64,000 nucleotides of DNA from NCBI GenBank assembly GCA_049322955.1, contig JBMOPU010000012.1, forward strand, positions 472,150 to 536,149. Reading direction: 5' to 3'. Source of the DNA: Patescibacteria group bacterium. Its GTDB lineage: Bacteria > Patescibacteriota > Microgenomatia > UBA10105 > UBA927. A program made the translations under genes and the position numbers. Shown here piece by piece: positions 9,663 through 21,889 of this stretch; positions within the stretch are counted from its first letter, which is position 1, and each line of letters begins with the position of its first letter. The notes under the pieces were generated by a model. That model made no database searches, was not told the DNA's origin, and was given only the letters and a program-made list of their open reading frames with translations.

Positions 9663-11429
9663 TTACCGTGCCCGGCGTATTTGGTACACTTTCGTTTTTC
9701 CCCGTGCGTACACAAGATCGTATTCCCAGGTTGATGCTTCAGGAAACTCCAGGGCGACGGATTCGGAAAACGGCGTTTCATAGGAGTTAGTTTCACCGAC
9801 AAACACATAACGGGGCAACTCTTTCCTCGTGTTCCTTAGTTGTTCCATATCAACAGGATTTGTGTGATAGGTGGTAATACGTCTTTGTATGATTGCAGGT
9901 ATCCATAGCCCCGCATCGTCATAGCTATTCCAAATTACGTCGGTTTCCGTGGATATGCGGCGAAGGTAGTTCATTGCGGCCAGATCATTTGCCGTCACCA
10001 TATTTTTTTCTCGCGCCACCCGTTCATACTGGAACACGCGCATCCGGGGTGTGCTGATTGCCATAAAAAGGATACACGCCAGAATATACGCCCATGTGTT
10101 TTTTTCCTTCAGGCGGGTGAAAAAAAGCGCAAGCAGGTAACTTATCGGAATAAGCATAAACAATACCAGTCGATACGGGTACAAGAGTGACGAAAACGGG
10201 ACCCACCAATGCCTTGCGTTTGCAACAAAGAAATACAGCCAAGCAACCGTATAGATGATAAACAACGAAAGTTTCGGCAAGCGTTTCCATAAGAAAATGA
10301 AAGCAATGCCTGAAAGGAACAGTAATTGCCGGTCGGTGATGTCACCGATCATTGCCGTTATCTGCCTGAGACCGGCAAGAGAAAACATGCCGTTCCACCG
10401 TGCTGTTTCGTCGGCATGTAACCCCCGAATAAAGGCCGCTGTCGTCTCGGAGAGCGACCAGGACATAGAAAAAAATTTAACCACAAACGGCAGAAGCATT
10501 ACCGTAACCGTGAGGAAAGAAATGGTGATCGGCATTCGAATCGACGGTTGCCTTAGATGTTTCAGAAATAAAACCATGATAACGGGAAGGCCGATATAGA
10601 GGACCGCGATGACAAACATATAATTCGTGAGGAACGAGGCGCATACAAGAACCATTGCCAGAAACCTCGGCCACGCCCGCGATGCACCGGAAAGCAACAA
10701 CGCGACCGCGAGGAATAAAAAAGAAAGGGAAAGCACGGACGGATTGGCGCCCCAGGTGACAAAAAAATGGGGATTCGCACTTGTCCATCCGACGATTCCC
10801 GCGACCATGACGCTCATTGTCGGCGTAAATTTCGAACGAAGCATAAGATACAGCGAGTAATCGAAGAGAAAATGTACCAGTGCGGTAAGCAGGAGCGCAT
10901 TGGCATAGGGGGGCAGGGTATTCACCCTGCTCATGACGGCGATAACGGTGGAAAAGCCGAACGGGTACAGTCCGAACGTGTCGACGGGAACAATCGGCAT
11001 AAGCGTCATCGGGAATGCATTTTTTTGCAAAATAACCGTTGCAATATATGTGTGCATCGACATGTCCTGTCCGCTCGGAACATATTGGCCGGCAAAAAAC
11101 AAAACCTGGGGAACGGCGATAAAAAGAAAAAATAACGGCACGATGCCACTTCCGAAATATGCCGCAAATCCTTTGCTATATGAGGCGTGTTTCCCGAGAG
11201 CAACATACACGATGCCCGTAGCCATGAGGGTTACCACGATAAGTGTCCCGAGCGAAAGGGGAACGAGGGAAAGCCACCAAAATGCGATTATCCAATAACT
11301 CAATGAGACGGCAATACACAGGGGAAGCTTTTCGATGACGGAAAGGGGAGAAAAAATTTCTTTTCTCAAGAGAATCAGGATGCCGGGAAGAAAAAAAACA
11401 CCGAGTGTCGCAAGCGTTGCTCCGATCAT
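9663..11429 (-). CDS. Polytopic membrane protein, GT-C glycosyltransferase-like
   Basis: Many TM helices; PSGQDMSMH and LYPFGFS loop; ATGA overlap with uppP stop. Confidence 0.55.
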   Translation of the reverse strand: MIGATLATLGVFFLPGILILLRKEIFSPLSVIEKLPLCIAVSLSYWIIAFWWLSLVPLSLGTLIVVTLMATGIVYVALGKHASYSKGFAAYFGSGIVPLFFLFIAVPQVLFFAGQYVPSGQDMSMHTYIATVILQKNAFPMTLMPIVPVDTFGLYPFGFSTVIAVMSRVNTLPPYANALLLTALVHFLFDYSLYLMLRSKFTPTMSVMVAGIVGWTSANPHFFVTWGANPSVLSLSFLFLAVALLLSGASRAWPRFLAMVLVCASFLTNYMFVIAVLYIGLPVIMVLFLKHLRQPSIRMPITISFLTVTVMLLPFVVKFFSMSWSLSETTAAFIRGLHADETARWNGMFSLAGLRQITAMIGDITDRQLLFLSGIAFIFLWKRLPKLSLFIIYTVAWLYFFVANARHWWVPFSSLLYPYRLVLFMLIPISYLLALFFTRLKEKNTWAYILACILFMAISTPRMRVFQYERVAREKNMVTANDLAAMNYLRRISTETDVIWNSYDDAGLWIPAIIQRRITTYHTNPVDMEQLRNTRKELPRYVFVGETNSYETPFSESVALEFPEASTWEYDLVYARGKTKVYQIRRAR

Positions 11430-12202
11430 GCCCTCATTATCAACCAATAGGCAGTGGCGGCGATAATTCTATAAATACCAAACCAGGTGAATGTACCGTG
11501 CGCGACAAATTTGATAAAACCTTTTATCACGAAGAGCGCCGTTATCCAGGAAACGATAAATCCGATCGCGAGCAGTCCGTATTCGTTCGGTGTAAAGAAA
11601 TGGGCACTTTTGAGGAGATCCAGACCGGTAGCCGCCGCCATCGTCGGTACCGCCAGCAGGAAAGACAGCTCGACCGCATCTGATCTGCTTAATCCCGAAA
11701 ACATGCCGCCCACAATCGTCGAAGCCGAGCGGGAAACGCCGGGGATCATCGCAAACGCCTGAAATAGACCGATGAGCATAAGTTTCCCCGGGGGAAGGGT
11801 CAGAACCGTTTCCTGAGTTTTTGCCGGGTGTTTTTTCCAATACCATTCGAGTCCGATAAGGAGTGCGCCTATTCCTGCGAGATTAACCACAACCAGCAGG
11901 TCATTTGCCAGCAGATATGTTTTTACTACTTTATACAGCAACAGTCCTCCTATGCCGGTCGGAATAAATGCGATTACGAGCGGTTTAATGAGTGACGGCT
12001 GTTTGACAATTTTTGCAAAATAGAGTGTTACGACCGACATAATCGCGCCGAGTTGAATGATGATGTCAAAACTTTTCGTAAATTCCGTCTCAGGAATACC
12101 CAGCAGTTTTGTGGCAAGAATAAGATGACCCGTCGAGGAGACGGGAAGAAACTCGGTAATACCCTCTATGATTGAGAGCAACAATGCATGGATAGGTTCC
12201 AT
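11426..12202 (-). CDS. uppP: Undecaprenyl-diphosphatase (BacA)
   Basis: EGITEFLPVSSTGHL, IQLGAI, PGVSRS, SFLLAVP. Confidence 0.95.
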   Translation of the reverse strand: MEPIHALLLSIIEGITEFLPVSSTGHLILATKLLGIPETEFTKSFDIIIQLGAIMSVVTLYFAKIVKQPSLIKPLVIAFIPTGIGGLLLYKVVKTYLLANDLLVVVNLAGIGALLIGLEWYWKKHPAKTQETVLTLPPGKLMLIGLFQAFAMIPGVSRSASTIVGGMFSGLSRSDAVELSFLLAVPTMAAATGLDLLKSAHFFTPNEYGLLAIGFIVSWITALFVIKGFIKFVAHGTFTWFGIYRIIAATAYWLIMRA

Positions 12203-12267
12203 GGTTCACATCATACCAGATTACCCCGCATGATGATGATCGTATATATATCGCGTATAATACGCGT

Positions 12268-12813
12268 ATGTTGAAACTCAAGGCAAAGGAACTACGCACG
12301 ACGGAAGTTGATCCTGTGGTGGCGGCATCTCTTCCTAAAAATCCCGTCACGATCATTTGCGACAATGTGTTGGATACCTACAATGTCGGATCGATTTTTC
12401 GCCTTGCGGATGCGGTGGCGGCGGAGAAAGTGATCCTTTGCGGTGCAACGCTCACTCCTCCCAATTCGCGTATCAAAAAAGCATCGATCAATACGACGGG
12501 ATGGGTGAATTGGGAATATGAGGAGACGGCCGCTCGAGCCATCACCAAACTTAAGGAAAAAACTCCGGAGATTCAGGTGGTTGCGGTGGAACAGGATCCG
12601 CGAAGCAAGGTTTTTTATAAGGTTAACTATGCACTGCCGCTTGCCATCATTGTAGGAAATGAGACGACCGGAGTGACCAAAGAGGTGCTTGATATGGCGG
12701 ATATTATCGTCGAAATGCCCATGTGGGGGATTAATACCTCGCTCAATGTCATGGTTTCAACAGGCATTATTTTATACGAAATCATGAAACGCGCTCCCGA
12801 TCCTGCGTCGTGA
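12268..12813 (+). CDS. SpoU/TrmH family RNA methyltransferase
   Basis: NVGSIFRLADA, VGNETTGV, EMPMWGINTSLNV. Confidence 0.9.
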   Translation: MLKLKAKELRTTEVDPVVAASLPKNPVTIICDNVLDTYNVGSIFRLADAVAAEKVILCGATLTPPNSRIKKASINTTGWVNWEYEETAARAITKLKEKTPEIQVVAVEQDPRSKVFYKVNYALPLAIIVGNETTGVTKEVLDMADIIVEMPMWGINTSLNVMVSTGIILYEIMKRAPDPAS

Positions 12814-12867
12814 TCCACACATATTTGAGGACTACTTTCGTCCGGTTCATTTGTTTATGATTGATGT

Positions 12868-13857
12868 ATGAAAGGCCATGAGATCAGGATTCGCTTCTCT
12901 CCTGCGGTATTTATCGCATCATTCCTATTTGTGAGCGTTTCATTTATCAGTATTGGATACTTATCCATGCGTATTTTTACCCTAGTGCAACGAAACACCG
13001 GAAAAAAACCGTCTGCGATCATCCCGTTTCAAAAAGATACCCTCTCGCGACCGGAATCGGATCTTCCCGGATTTTACGAGCCGAAAGCGAATACCGTCAA
13101 TGAAATAACTCCCGAGTGGCTCGGAAAAAAAGTGGAGCATCATATCAATAGCGACGGGCTAAGGGATAACCGTGAGTATGAAAAGGATAAACCGGAGAAT
13201 GTCTTTCGCATAGCGGTCATGGGGGATTCATTCACGTACGGGCTTTTTGTCGGCGATGATGATCCCTATCCGAAGCAACTTGAAGTGTTGGCGAATACAT
13301 GTGGCGCAGATAAGAAAATTGAAGTGATTAATTTCGGAGTTCCCGGCTACGACCTTGAAATGTCGGCATACCGGTATGATTTTCGGATAAAAGACTATAC
13401 TCCCGACCTTATCGTCTGGTACCTTATCGAGAACGACTTTGATGAGTATAATTCGCTGGTGCAGGATCTTTGGGTCAATATAAAAGAAATGCTCATCGCG
13501 GAAAATATCCCCTATGAACGGTTTGCCCCGGAAACGGCGGAAATACTTGAAAGTGTCATTACCGGAAGATTAGGCGACTCCTTCATTCCCGACCATCAAA
13601 TAGGCAAATTACGCGAGTGGGCAAAGGGCGTCGATATTCCCTTTGTTATCGTGACGGATAGCAAGTTGCCCAAAAGGTACCATGATGCGGTAGCAGGGGT
13701 GATAGCGGAATACCCTAACGGAAAATACCTGGATACCATTCGTTACGATAACGCTTTTTCCGAAGGGCATCCGAGTCCAGCGAGTCATGCCATTATCGCA
13801 AAATCAATAATTAGCTATCTCAGAAAAGAATCATTACTTCCGTGCTCTCTCCGGTAG
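12868..13857 (+). CDS. Membrane-anchored SGNH/GDSL hydrolase-like protein
   Basis: INSDGLRD, GDSFTYG, NFGVPGY, END, EGHPS. Confidence 0.8.
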   Translation: MKGHEIRIRFSPAVFIASFLFVSVSFISIGYLSMRIFTLVQRNTGKKPSAIIPFQKDTLSRPESDLPGFYEPKANTVNEITPEWLGKKVEHHINSDGLRDNREYEKDKPENVFRIAVMGDSFTYGLFVGDDDPYPKQLEVLANTCGADKKIEVINFGVPGYDLEMSAYRYDFRIKDYTPDLIVWYLIENDFDEYNSLVQDLWVNIKEMLIAENIPYERFAPETAEILESVITGRLGDSFIPDHQIGKLREWAKGVDIPFVIVTDSKLPKRYHDAVAGVIAEYPNGKYLDTIRYDNAFSEGHPSPASHAIIAKSIISYLRKESLLPCSLR

Positions 13858-13879
13858 AACGTGCAACATATTATCTTAT

Positions 13880-14872
13880 ATGACAAGAAACTCTCATAGA
13901 TGTTTCGTCGTGGTTTTGATATTTCTTTCCTTGCTTCTTACGGGATCTTCTTTGTGGATAGGAATAACCATATTGATCAATTTACTAAAAAAAACACAGA
14001 TAGTAATACCCCTTGCCGTCGGGCAAATTGATGTGCCTTCTGGCAGTTCACTCAAGCATTACTATAGCTTTACGTCCGAAAAAGAGCTTATTTATAGAAT
14101 ACCATGGTCGGATGAGTATAAAAAAAATACAACCAACAAGGACGGTCTTGTAGATCGGTTCGATTATGAAACTGCCAAGCCAGCAAGGTCATTCCGCATT
14201 ATTTCATTGGGAGACTCATTTACACAGGGCATTATGGTAGAAACCGAGGAGAGTTACCCGGAACGGTTGGAAGAATTCTTGCGCTATGAAGATTTTCCCT
14301 GGACGCGGCAAGTTGAAGTGCTTAATTTTGGTGTCGGAGGTTATGACATAGAGTATAGTGTGAATAAGTTAAGAGTACAGGGAATTAAATATAATCCAGA
14401 TTTGCTTATTTGGTTGGTTAAATTTGATGATTTTTTTCTCATAAATGAAAAAATGATACAAGCGCGCGGCTCTTTTCAGGAGGAGTTAGAATCAGCCGGT
14501 ATCCAATTAGAAAACGGTAAATTGGCAAATTTCTACGGTGTAATAGATCGGGTAGGAGAGTTATATGCCCGTTCATATAATGCAAAGTCGCTATTGAATT
14601 ACCAAATCAATAAACTTGCGAAAGTCCGTACTTTTTACCATAAAAAAATACTTTTTTTATATTTTGAAAACGAGCATCCGCTCATTATTGATATACTCAA
14701 TTCTTTGAGAAAAAATGATGAGAATATCGCAGTCCTTGCCCTTCCTTCTGATATTTCGAGGTTTCCCGACGGTCATCCGAATGCGAATGGATATGAAAAG
14801 ATTGCCAATGTTCTTGTACCAAATGTATCAGCAATTATTCGTCACCATGATAATATGATTACGTTACCATAG
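13880..14872 (+). CDS. Membrane-anchored SGNH/GDSL hydrolase-like protein
   Basis: NKDGLVD, GDSFTQG, NFGVGGY, DGHPN; visibly AT-rich. Confidence 0.8.
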   Translation: MTRNSHRCFVVVLIFLSLLLTGSSLWIGITILINLLKKTQIVIPLAVGQIDVPSGSSLKHYYSFTSEKELIYRIPWSDEYKKNTTNKDGLVDRFDYETAKPARSFRIISLGDSFTQGIMVETEESYPERLEEFLRYEDFPWTRQVEVLNFGVGGYDIEYSVNKLRVQGIKYNPDLLIWLVKFDDFFLINEKMIQARGSFQEELESAGIQLENGKLANFYGVIDRVGELYARSYNAKSLLNYQINKLAKVRTFYHKKILFLYFENEHPLIIDILNSLRKNDENIAVLALPSDISRFPDGHPNANGYEKIANVLVPNVSAIIRHHDNMITLP

Positions 14873-14875
14873 AAT

Positions 14876-15553
14876 ATGGCGAAAATTATATTTTTAATTG
14901 CCTGCATAAGCCTTATAGCTTTCGGAGTGTTATCAAAATATGAGGATAGGCAATTTATGAGGAATCTTGACTATGCCGTAACGGTCAAGGTGCAGGATCG
15001 CATTGATACATCGTCCCATCTTCGTCTCGCATCACTGGTGGGGAACACCATGGAAGGAGCGACGTTTTTCGCAAGCCCCGGATTTACGGTACTGGTAACC
15101 CTTATCGTTACGGGTATCCTTTTATACGATCGACGGAAGAAATCCTGTCGAGTATCCGGTCTTATTGTTCCCTTAGCGCTTATTGCCATCGTCGTTTTTG
15201 AGATATACGGAAAATCCATCGTGCATCATCCGTCGCCGCCGTTTGCTATGGTGAAGCATCCGACCACGATATTTCCCGCCGATTACGTAAACGAGCAATA
15301 TTCGTATCCGTCGGGGCACGCGGCACGATCGCTATTTATGGCGATTATCATCGGAATCGCACTGTGGCGTGAAGGGATACGAAAAAAGTATATATACACC
15401 GGTGCAATCCTGTTGTTATCAGGATATGTGTTGCTCGTTTCCGTAAGCAAGGTCTATCTCGGGCATCATTGGTTTTCCGATGTCGTGGGCGGATTACTGC
15501 TCGGGGCATCCTTTGGGTTGTTGAGCGCAATCACCGTATTGCGAAAGATATGA
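14876..15553 (+). CDS. PAP2 family phosphatase (divergent)
   Basis: SYPSGH, SKVYLGHHWFSD; first motif altered (HHPSPP). Confidence 0.8.
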   Translation: MAKIIFLIACISLIAFGVLSKYEDRQFMRNLDYAVTVKVQDRIDTSSHLRLASLVGNTMEGATFFASPGFTVLVTLIVTGILLYDRRKKSCRVSGLIVPLALIAIVVFEIYGKSIVHHPSPPFAMVKHPTTIFPADYVNEQYSYPSGHAARSLFMAIIIGIALWREGIRKKYIYTGAILLLSGYVLLVSVSKVYLGHHWFSDVVGGLLLGASFGLLSAITVLRKI

Positions 15554-16566
15554 AATTGTCGCGGAGACGTGTTGCCGTTCTATTCGTTGGGTTTGTCGAA
15601 ATTTTCCTTATCATCGCCCTTTTGCTTCTTATTACCGGTAAAGCAAAATCCCTTATCCCTGATCCGCAATATGCCATTCACCTGAAAAGCGACCATTACC
15701 GTACCGTGATAAAAAGCGACCGGTTTCCTCATTATTATGAACCGCAACCGGACACCGTCATAAATGATCACCCTGTCTGGCTCGGTGAGCACGTGAGTTA
15801 CTCCATCAACCACGACGGTTTGAATGAGCGAATGGATTACCCCGTGGCACGGGTGCCCGGCGTGAATCGGATCATCACGTTGGGTGATTCATTCACCTAC
15901 GGTCTTTTCGTCAATACGACGGAAAATTATTCCGAACGATTGGAAGATCTGCTGAATTCCGAGGTGTGTAAAGAGAACGGCGAAAGTTTTGAGGTTATAA
16001 ACCTCGGGGTACCGGCATACGATATCGGGTATGCCGCCGAACGATACCGGCTTCGCGGGACAAAATATCATCCCGATCTTGTAATCTGGTGGTTCAATTC
16101 ATTTACCATGGGGATTGATGCGGAACGAAAGACCGCGCTGGAAGAACAATATCTGAATGAAATACCCGAAGGAGATCGGTGGCGAACGGTTGACGGAAAG
16201 GAACAATTTTATCCGGGGATGCTCGCATGGCTGACGCATACAAAAGAAGCCACGCTCGAAAAGCGTGAAATGCGGCAAGCGTTCTATCTACGGGAATTCC
16301 TGCAATCCTTTGAAGGATCGCTGTTAATCGTGGCCAACGATTGGGACACCTGGTCGGCTTCCTCGCGGAAAGCACTTACTTCGGCACTTTTGTATCGGGA
16401 TAATGTACGATTACTTCCCGTATCGAAGCTGTTACGAAGAGGTGAAACGCTGTTAGCGGATGAACACCCAAATAGAGAAGGGCATAGGCGTATGGCTAAT
16501 CTGCTCTATGAAACGCTTCTCGATATGAGGCTCTTGCCGTGTCTCAACACGCACCTTGACGAATAG
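15550..16566 (+). CDS. Membrane-anchored SGNH/GDSL hydrolase-like protein
   Basis: INHDGLNE, GDSFTYG, NLGVPAY, DEHPN; ATG 15550 overlaps PAP2 stop. Confidence 0.8.
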   Translation: MKLSRRRVAVLFVGFVEIFLIIALLLLITGKAKSLIPDPQYAIHLKSDHYRTVIKSDRFPHYYEPQPDTVINDHPVWLGEHVSYSINHDGLNERMDYPVARVPGVNRIITLGDSFTYGLFVNTTENYSERLEDLLNSEVCKENGESFEVINLGVPAYDIGYAAERYRLRGTKYHPDLVIWWFNSFTMGIDAERKTALEEQYLNEIPEGDRWRTVDGKEQFYPGMLAWLTHTKEATLEKREMRQAFYLREFLQSFEGSLLIVANDWDTWSASSRKALTSALLYRDNVRLLPVSKLLRRGETLLADEHPNREGHRRMANLLYETLLDMRLLPCLNTHLDE

Positions 16567-16585
16567 GATAGTTGCCTCGTATAAT
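16556..16585 (+). promoter_or_regulatory. Sigma70-type promoter upstream of 16S rRNA
   Basis: TTGACG-N18-TATAAT. Confidence 0.65.
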
Positions 16586-16876
16586 ACGAAAACAATGAGT
16601 GATTAGGAGCTACGCCAAGGATTTCTCAACAGAAACCCCGCATGGCGGGGCTTTTTTTCGCTCTTGTGATAATCGAATCTGTCCAGAAGAGATAAAGAGT
16701 ATTTGAATAGAAACAGCGCAGTGCCCTTGCTTTCGCGCGAAAGCGAAAGTCAGCTTGGCTGAGGCACGTCGAGCAAAACGCAAGTTTTCTCTCGAGATTG
16801 CCCTTTAACAATCGAATGGTGATAGGTATTTTTTTGATGTAGTCAGTTTTAGTCAAACTAAAGCTCCTACGTCAAT

Positions 16877-18381
<1,505 letters not shown>

Positions 18382-18586
18382 ATTTGAAAAATATCGATCG
18401 ATCGAGATATCTCGCAATTAGCGGGATGGTCTTTGATATTTTTCTCTCAAAACCCTAGATCCTATGCATCTATCTATGCGTTGCTTCCGCTTTATGCGGT
18501 GTGACCGTACCTATGTGCTCTGGATCCCTATCACCATCCGGTTGTTAAAGGCCGATGACCCGACAAAACGTCGGGTGTAACAAATA

Positions 18587-18612
18587 GTCCGCCCTTTGTG
18601 GCGGATTTTTTG
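18587..18612 (+). terminator. Intrinsic terminator after 16S
   Basis: TCCGCC-ctttgt-GGCGGA followed by a T tract. Confidence 0.7.
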
Positions 18613-18658
18613 TGGCTATCGTTGTGTTTTATTGCGGATATGCCATAATATTCCGAGT

Positions 18659-19348
18659 ATGAAGAAGCAGGCTACCGATCTTTCAACATTATTCGCTGAT
18701 GCCTATGCCGTTATATGGGATATGGATGGCGTGTTGATCGATTCCGAATCCTATCATTTTGCCGCGCACGTAGCCGCTCTTGCGGAGTTTGGTGTGCCCC
18801 TTACTGAGGATTACTATAAAGAACACGGTGTCGCGGTTGATCCCCAACAGTTTTATCAAAAAGCATTTGCTTCTGCGGGCAAACCGTTTGATGACCGTAT
18901 TTTTCTCAAAGCGCATTATCGGAAAATCGCGTTGTATCAAAAGTCACAGCGGGAACAGGGGATCAAGCTTATCGCTCCCGCGGCAACCATTGTGAAGCGT
19001 CTCTACAACAACGGTGTTCTCATGGCTATCGCCTCGCAGGTTGATCGTGAGGAGGTAACAAGAAATCTTCGCGGGACGGGACTGTTGGAATTTTTCCCCA
19101 TTGTCGTTTCGGGAGGGGATTTCGGGCTCAAAAAAAAGCCTGCGCCCGATATCTATAACAAAGCGGTGGAAATATTAAACGTCGAACCTGAAAAATGTGT
19201 CGCCATTGAAGATTCGCTCGTCGGAGTCAAATCGGCCCTTGCGGCGGGTGTTCCATGCCTTGCCGTTCCCAACGCATTTACCAGACACCAAAAATTTCCC
19301 GGTGAAGCGATCATCACCGATTTTTCCGCCATTGCCAAAGCAATATAG
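18659..19348 (+). CDS. HAD family phosphatase (beta-PGM/CbbY-like)
   Basis: WDMDGVLIDSE, KKPAPDIY, IEDSLVG; ATG 18659. Confidence 0.9.
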   Translation: MKKQATDLSTLFADAYAVIWDMDGVLIDSESYHFAAHVAALAEFGVPLTEDYYKEHGVAVDPQQFYQKAFASAGKPFDDRIFLKAHYRKIALYQKSQREQGIKLIAPAATIVKRLYNNGVLMAIASQVDREEVTRNLRGTGLLEFFPIVVSGGDFGLKKKPAPDIYNKAVEILNVEPEKCVAIEDSLVGVKSALAAGVPCLAVPNAFTRHQKFPGEAIITDFSAIAKAI

Positions 19349-19363
19349 TAGAATACAAGAGCA

Positions 19364-21730
19364 ATGATTCGTCGGCATCGCGGAATAATCGTACTTCTCG
19401 GGCTCACCATCCTCCTTACATTGGCAGTCTTTCGGCAATTTTTTTTGTACGGCAATATCCCCGTGCCGGCAAGTTTTCAAATGGCGTGGTATGAGCCATG
19501 GAAATCTGCTTTTAGTACAAACGGAATCCCTACAATCGTGCACAAGGCGGTAGGAGATGACGTTTTTCGACAGATTTTTCCGTTTCGCGATCTGGCCGCC
19601 GAAATACTCACTTCACGGGAAGTGCCTCTGTGGAATCCGTACGGAGGCGCGGGGCAACCGCTACTCGCCACACTGCATACGGGTATCGCCAATCCGCTAT
19701 CATTCCTGCAGTTGTTTGACGGGATAACGGGTTGGGCTTGGTTTATCATCCTTCAGCTTCCTCTGCTTTTTTTGAGTACGTATTGGTATATGCGGGCGAT
19801 TGGCATAGGGAGAGAGGGCGCAATGCTTGCCGCAATAAGCCTTTGTCTTTCGGGGGTGGCGATAGTCCGCTACATCTACGGTGATTATCTCTACGCATTG
19901 GCTTCACTCCCGTTACTCCTGGGATGTATTGAGCGGGCAAGAACAAATCGCAGGATATTACTCGCTGTCCCGTGGATAACGGCGTTTCTTCTCGTTTCGG
20001 TACAGCCGCAGATTTCCGGGTATGTGCTGATTGCCGTTTTTTCCTATGGAGCCATCCTGGCCCGACCTTTCATACTATCATTCATACTCTTTGTCGCAAT
20101 GGGAATAGGATTGTCCCTCATACAACTTATCCCGACGCTTGAGTTGTACCGGGCGGCAAACGTTACCGCTACTTCCTCCGCATTTATTTTTGAAAAATTT
20201 CTTATGCCCGTCCAGCATCTTATTACGATTGCGCTTCCGAACTTTTTCGGCAATATCGGCACGTATAACTTTTGGGGAACGACCGACTATGTCGAAACGG
20301 CGGCAAGTATCGGTTTGGTGCCGCTTACGTTGGCCGTTATTGCGGTCGTGCTTATCCGCACGTCATCCCGGCTTTTTCGGACCACGCGTTTTCTCACGTG
20401 GGCGACCGTCCTGTGTATCATTGCAACCCTTGATTTTACGGTGACGGCATGGGTGTATCGGTTGCCGCTTCCCGTGCTTGCAACCAGTATTCCGACAAGA
20501 ATATATTTGCTTTCTACTTTTTTTCTTGCCGTCTTAGGAGGCATAGGATTTGACTATGTCAGGACACAAAAAGGGAGGAATATGCGAGGGATCATAAAAA
20601 TATACGGCACACTTCTTATCACAGCACTCTGCATCATCGCGGTAACATACGGCATGGGCAGGGGGGGAATGCTTCCCTGTCCTTCCGGAGTGCCTCATTG
20701 TATCAGCGTTGCCGTAAGGAACGGCCTGTTTGAAATAGGTGTCTTTATAACCGTTGGGATGATATTTTTTGCAGGCTCCATCGGTCGTTCACAATTGTTC
20801 CGGAAAGCCGTTCCTGTTTTTACGGTAATCGTCCTCATCGGTGCGGGTCTGTATAATGCCTCGAAATTTTTGCCGATGAGTCCTCGGGAATACGTTGCAA
20901 AATCACACCCGGTAATGGAACGACTGCGTTCTCTTGCACCCGCGCGTGTTGCCGGGATCGGGAGCGGTGCGTTTGCTACCGACCTAAGCACCCAATACCG
21001 CTATTTTGACACCAACTATTATGACCCGTTATATATACGAAGATACGGCGAGCTCGTATCCTATGTGAACACGGGTGATGAGAAACAGGGCATCACCCGT
21101 AGTGATGTGGCGGTTGTTTCCGACGCAACGGTGAGTGCTACCCTTTCGTCACGGCGTGAACGGTTTTGGGATATGACGGGAACGTCAGTTCTTATCACGA
21201 AAAAATCGGAAATCGCTACGTATCCGGGAATCCCGATAGGGGAAGATACCGTGTGGCGTTTGTATGGACGTCCGTCAGTAATGCCGCGGGCGTATCTTGT
21301 GAATTCTCTTACGGTAGAATCAGATTCGCAAAAGATGCTAGCCCGCATGTTTGCGCCCGATACGGATCTTACCAAAACCGCCTTTGTCGATACCTCAATC
21401 CTTCTTGTTCCCGATCCCAAGAAACCGCAGGGAGGAACGGTAACGATTGACCGTTATGAAACACAGCGGATCACTCTTAGTGTAGAAGCCGCACAAGATT
21501 CGTTTCTTGTTTTATCCGACACGTATTATCCCGGATGGAAAGCGGATATTGACGGCAATGAAGTGCCGGTGTATCGAACCAACTATGCGTTCCGGGGCAT
21601 TTCAGTGCCGGAAGGAACTCATATTGTCCGTTTCTATTATGATCCGCTTTCATGGCGGATAGGGCTATTGGGAACACTGGTTTCCCTTATCGTATGGCTC
21701 TTATTTTTTGTAAGAAAAAGTAGCAAGTGA
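19364..21730 (+). CDS. YfhO family membrane protein (GT-C fold glycosyltransferase-like)
   Basis: PLWNPYGGAG, multiple TM helices, LVLSDTYYPGWKA, NYAFRG. Confidence 0.85.
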   Translation: MIRRHRGIIVLLGLTILLTLAVFRQFFLYGNIPVPASFQMAWYEPWKSAFSTNGIPTIVHKAVGDDVFRQIFPFRDLAAEILTSREVPLWNPYGGAGQPLLATLHTGIANPLSFLQLFDGITGWAWFIILQLPLLFLSTYWYMRAIGIGREGAMLAAISLCLSGVAIVRYIYGDYLYALASLPLLLGCIERARTNRRILLAVPWITAFLLVSVQPQISGYVLIAVFSYGAILARPFILSFILFVAMGIGLSLIQLIPTLELYRAANVTATSSAFIFEKFLMPVQHLITIALPNFFGNIGTYNFWGTTDYVETAASIGLVPLTLAVIAVVLIRTSSRLFRTTRFLTWATVLCIIATLDFTVTAWVYRLPLPVLATSIPTRIYLLSTFFLAVLGGIGFDYVRTQKGRNMRGIIKIYGTLLITALCIIAVTYGMGRGGMLPCPSGVPHCISVAVRNGLFEIGVFITVGMIFFAGSIGRSQLFRKAVPVFTVIVLIGAGLYNASKFLPMSPREYVAKSHPVMERLRSLAPARVAGIGSGAFATDLSTQYRYFDTNYYDPLYIRRYGELVSYVNTGDEKQGITRSDVAVVSDATVSATLSSRRERFWDMTGTSVLITKKSEIATYPGIPIGEDTVWRLYGRPSVMPRAYLVNSLTVESDSQKMLARMFAPDTDLTKTAFVDTSILLVPDPKKPQGGTVTIDRYETQRITLSVEAAQDSFLVLSDTYYPGWKADIDGNEVPVYRTNYAFRGISVPEGTHIVRFYYDPLSWRIGLLGTLVSLIVWLLFFVRKSSK

Positions 21731-21757
21731 AGATGATACTTGGTACAATAAATACCT

Positions 21758-21775
21758 TGGCGCGTCAGCGAAGTG
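21758..21775 (+). repeat. Imperfect duplicate of tRNA-Cys 5' end
   Basis: TGGCGCGTCAGCGAAGTG vs TGGCGCGTTGGCGAAGTG at 21889-21906 (16/18). Confidence 0.8.
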
Positions 21776-21889
21776 CTGATTGGTTGCTTAATGATCCGAC
21801 GTTTGAGAGGAGAGTTTAGCAACCATCAATCCCAGAAGCGAAGCGGAAGGGAGGAACGCGTTAACAAGAGTTTTTGAGTCTTACTAAAT

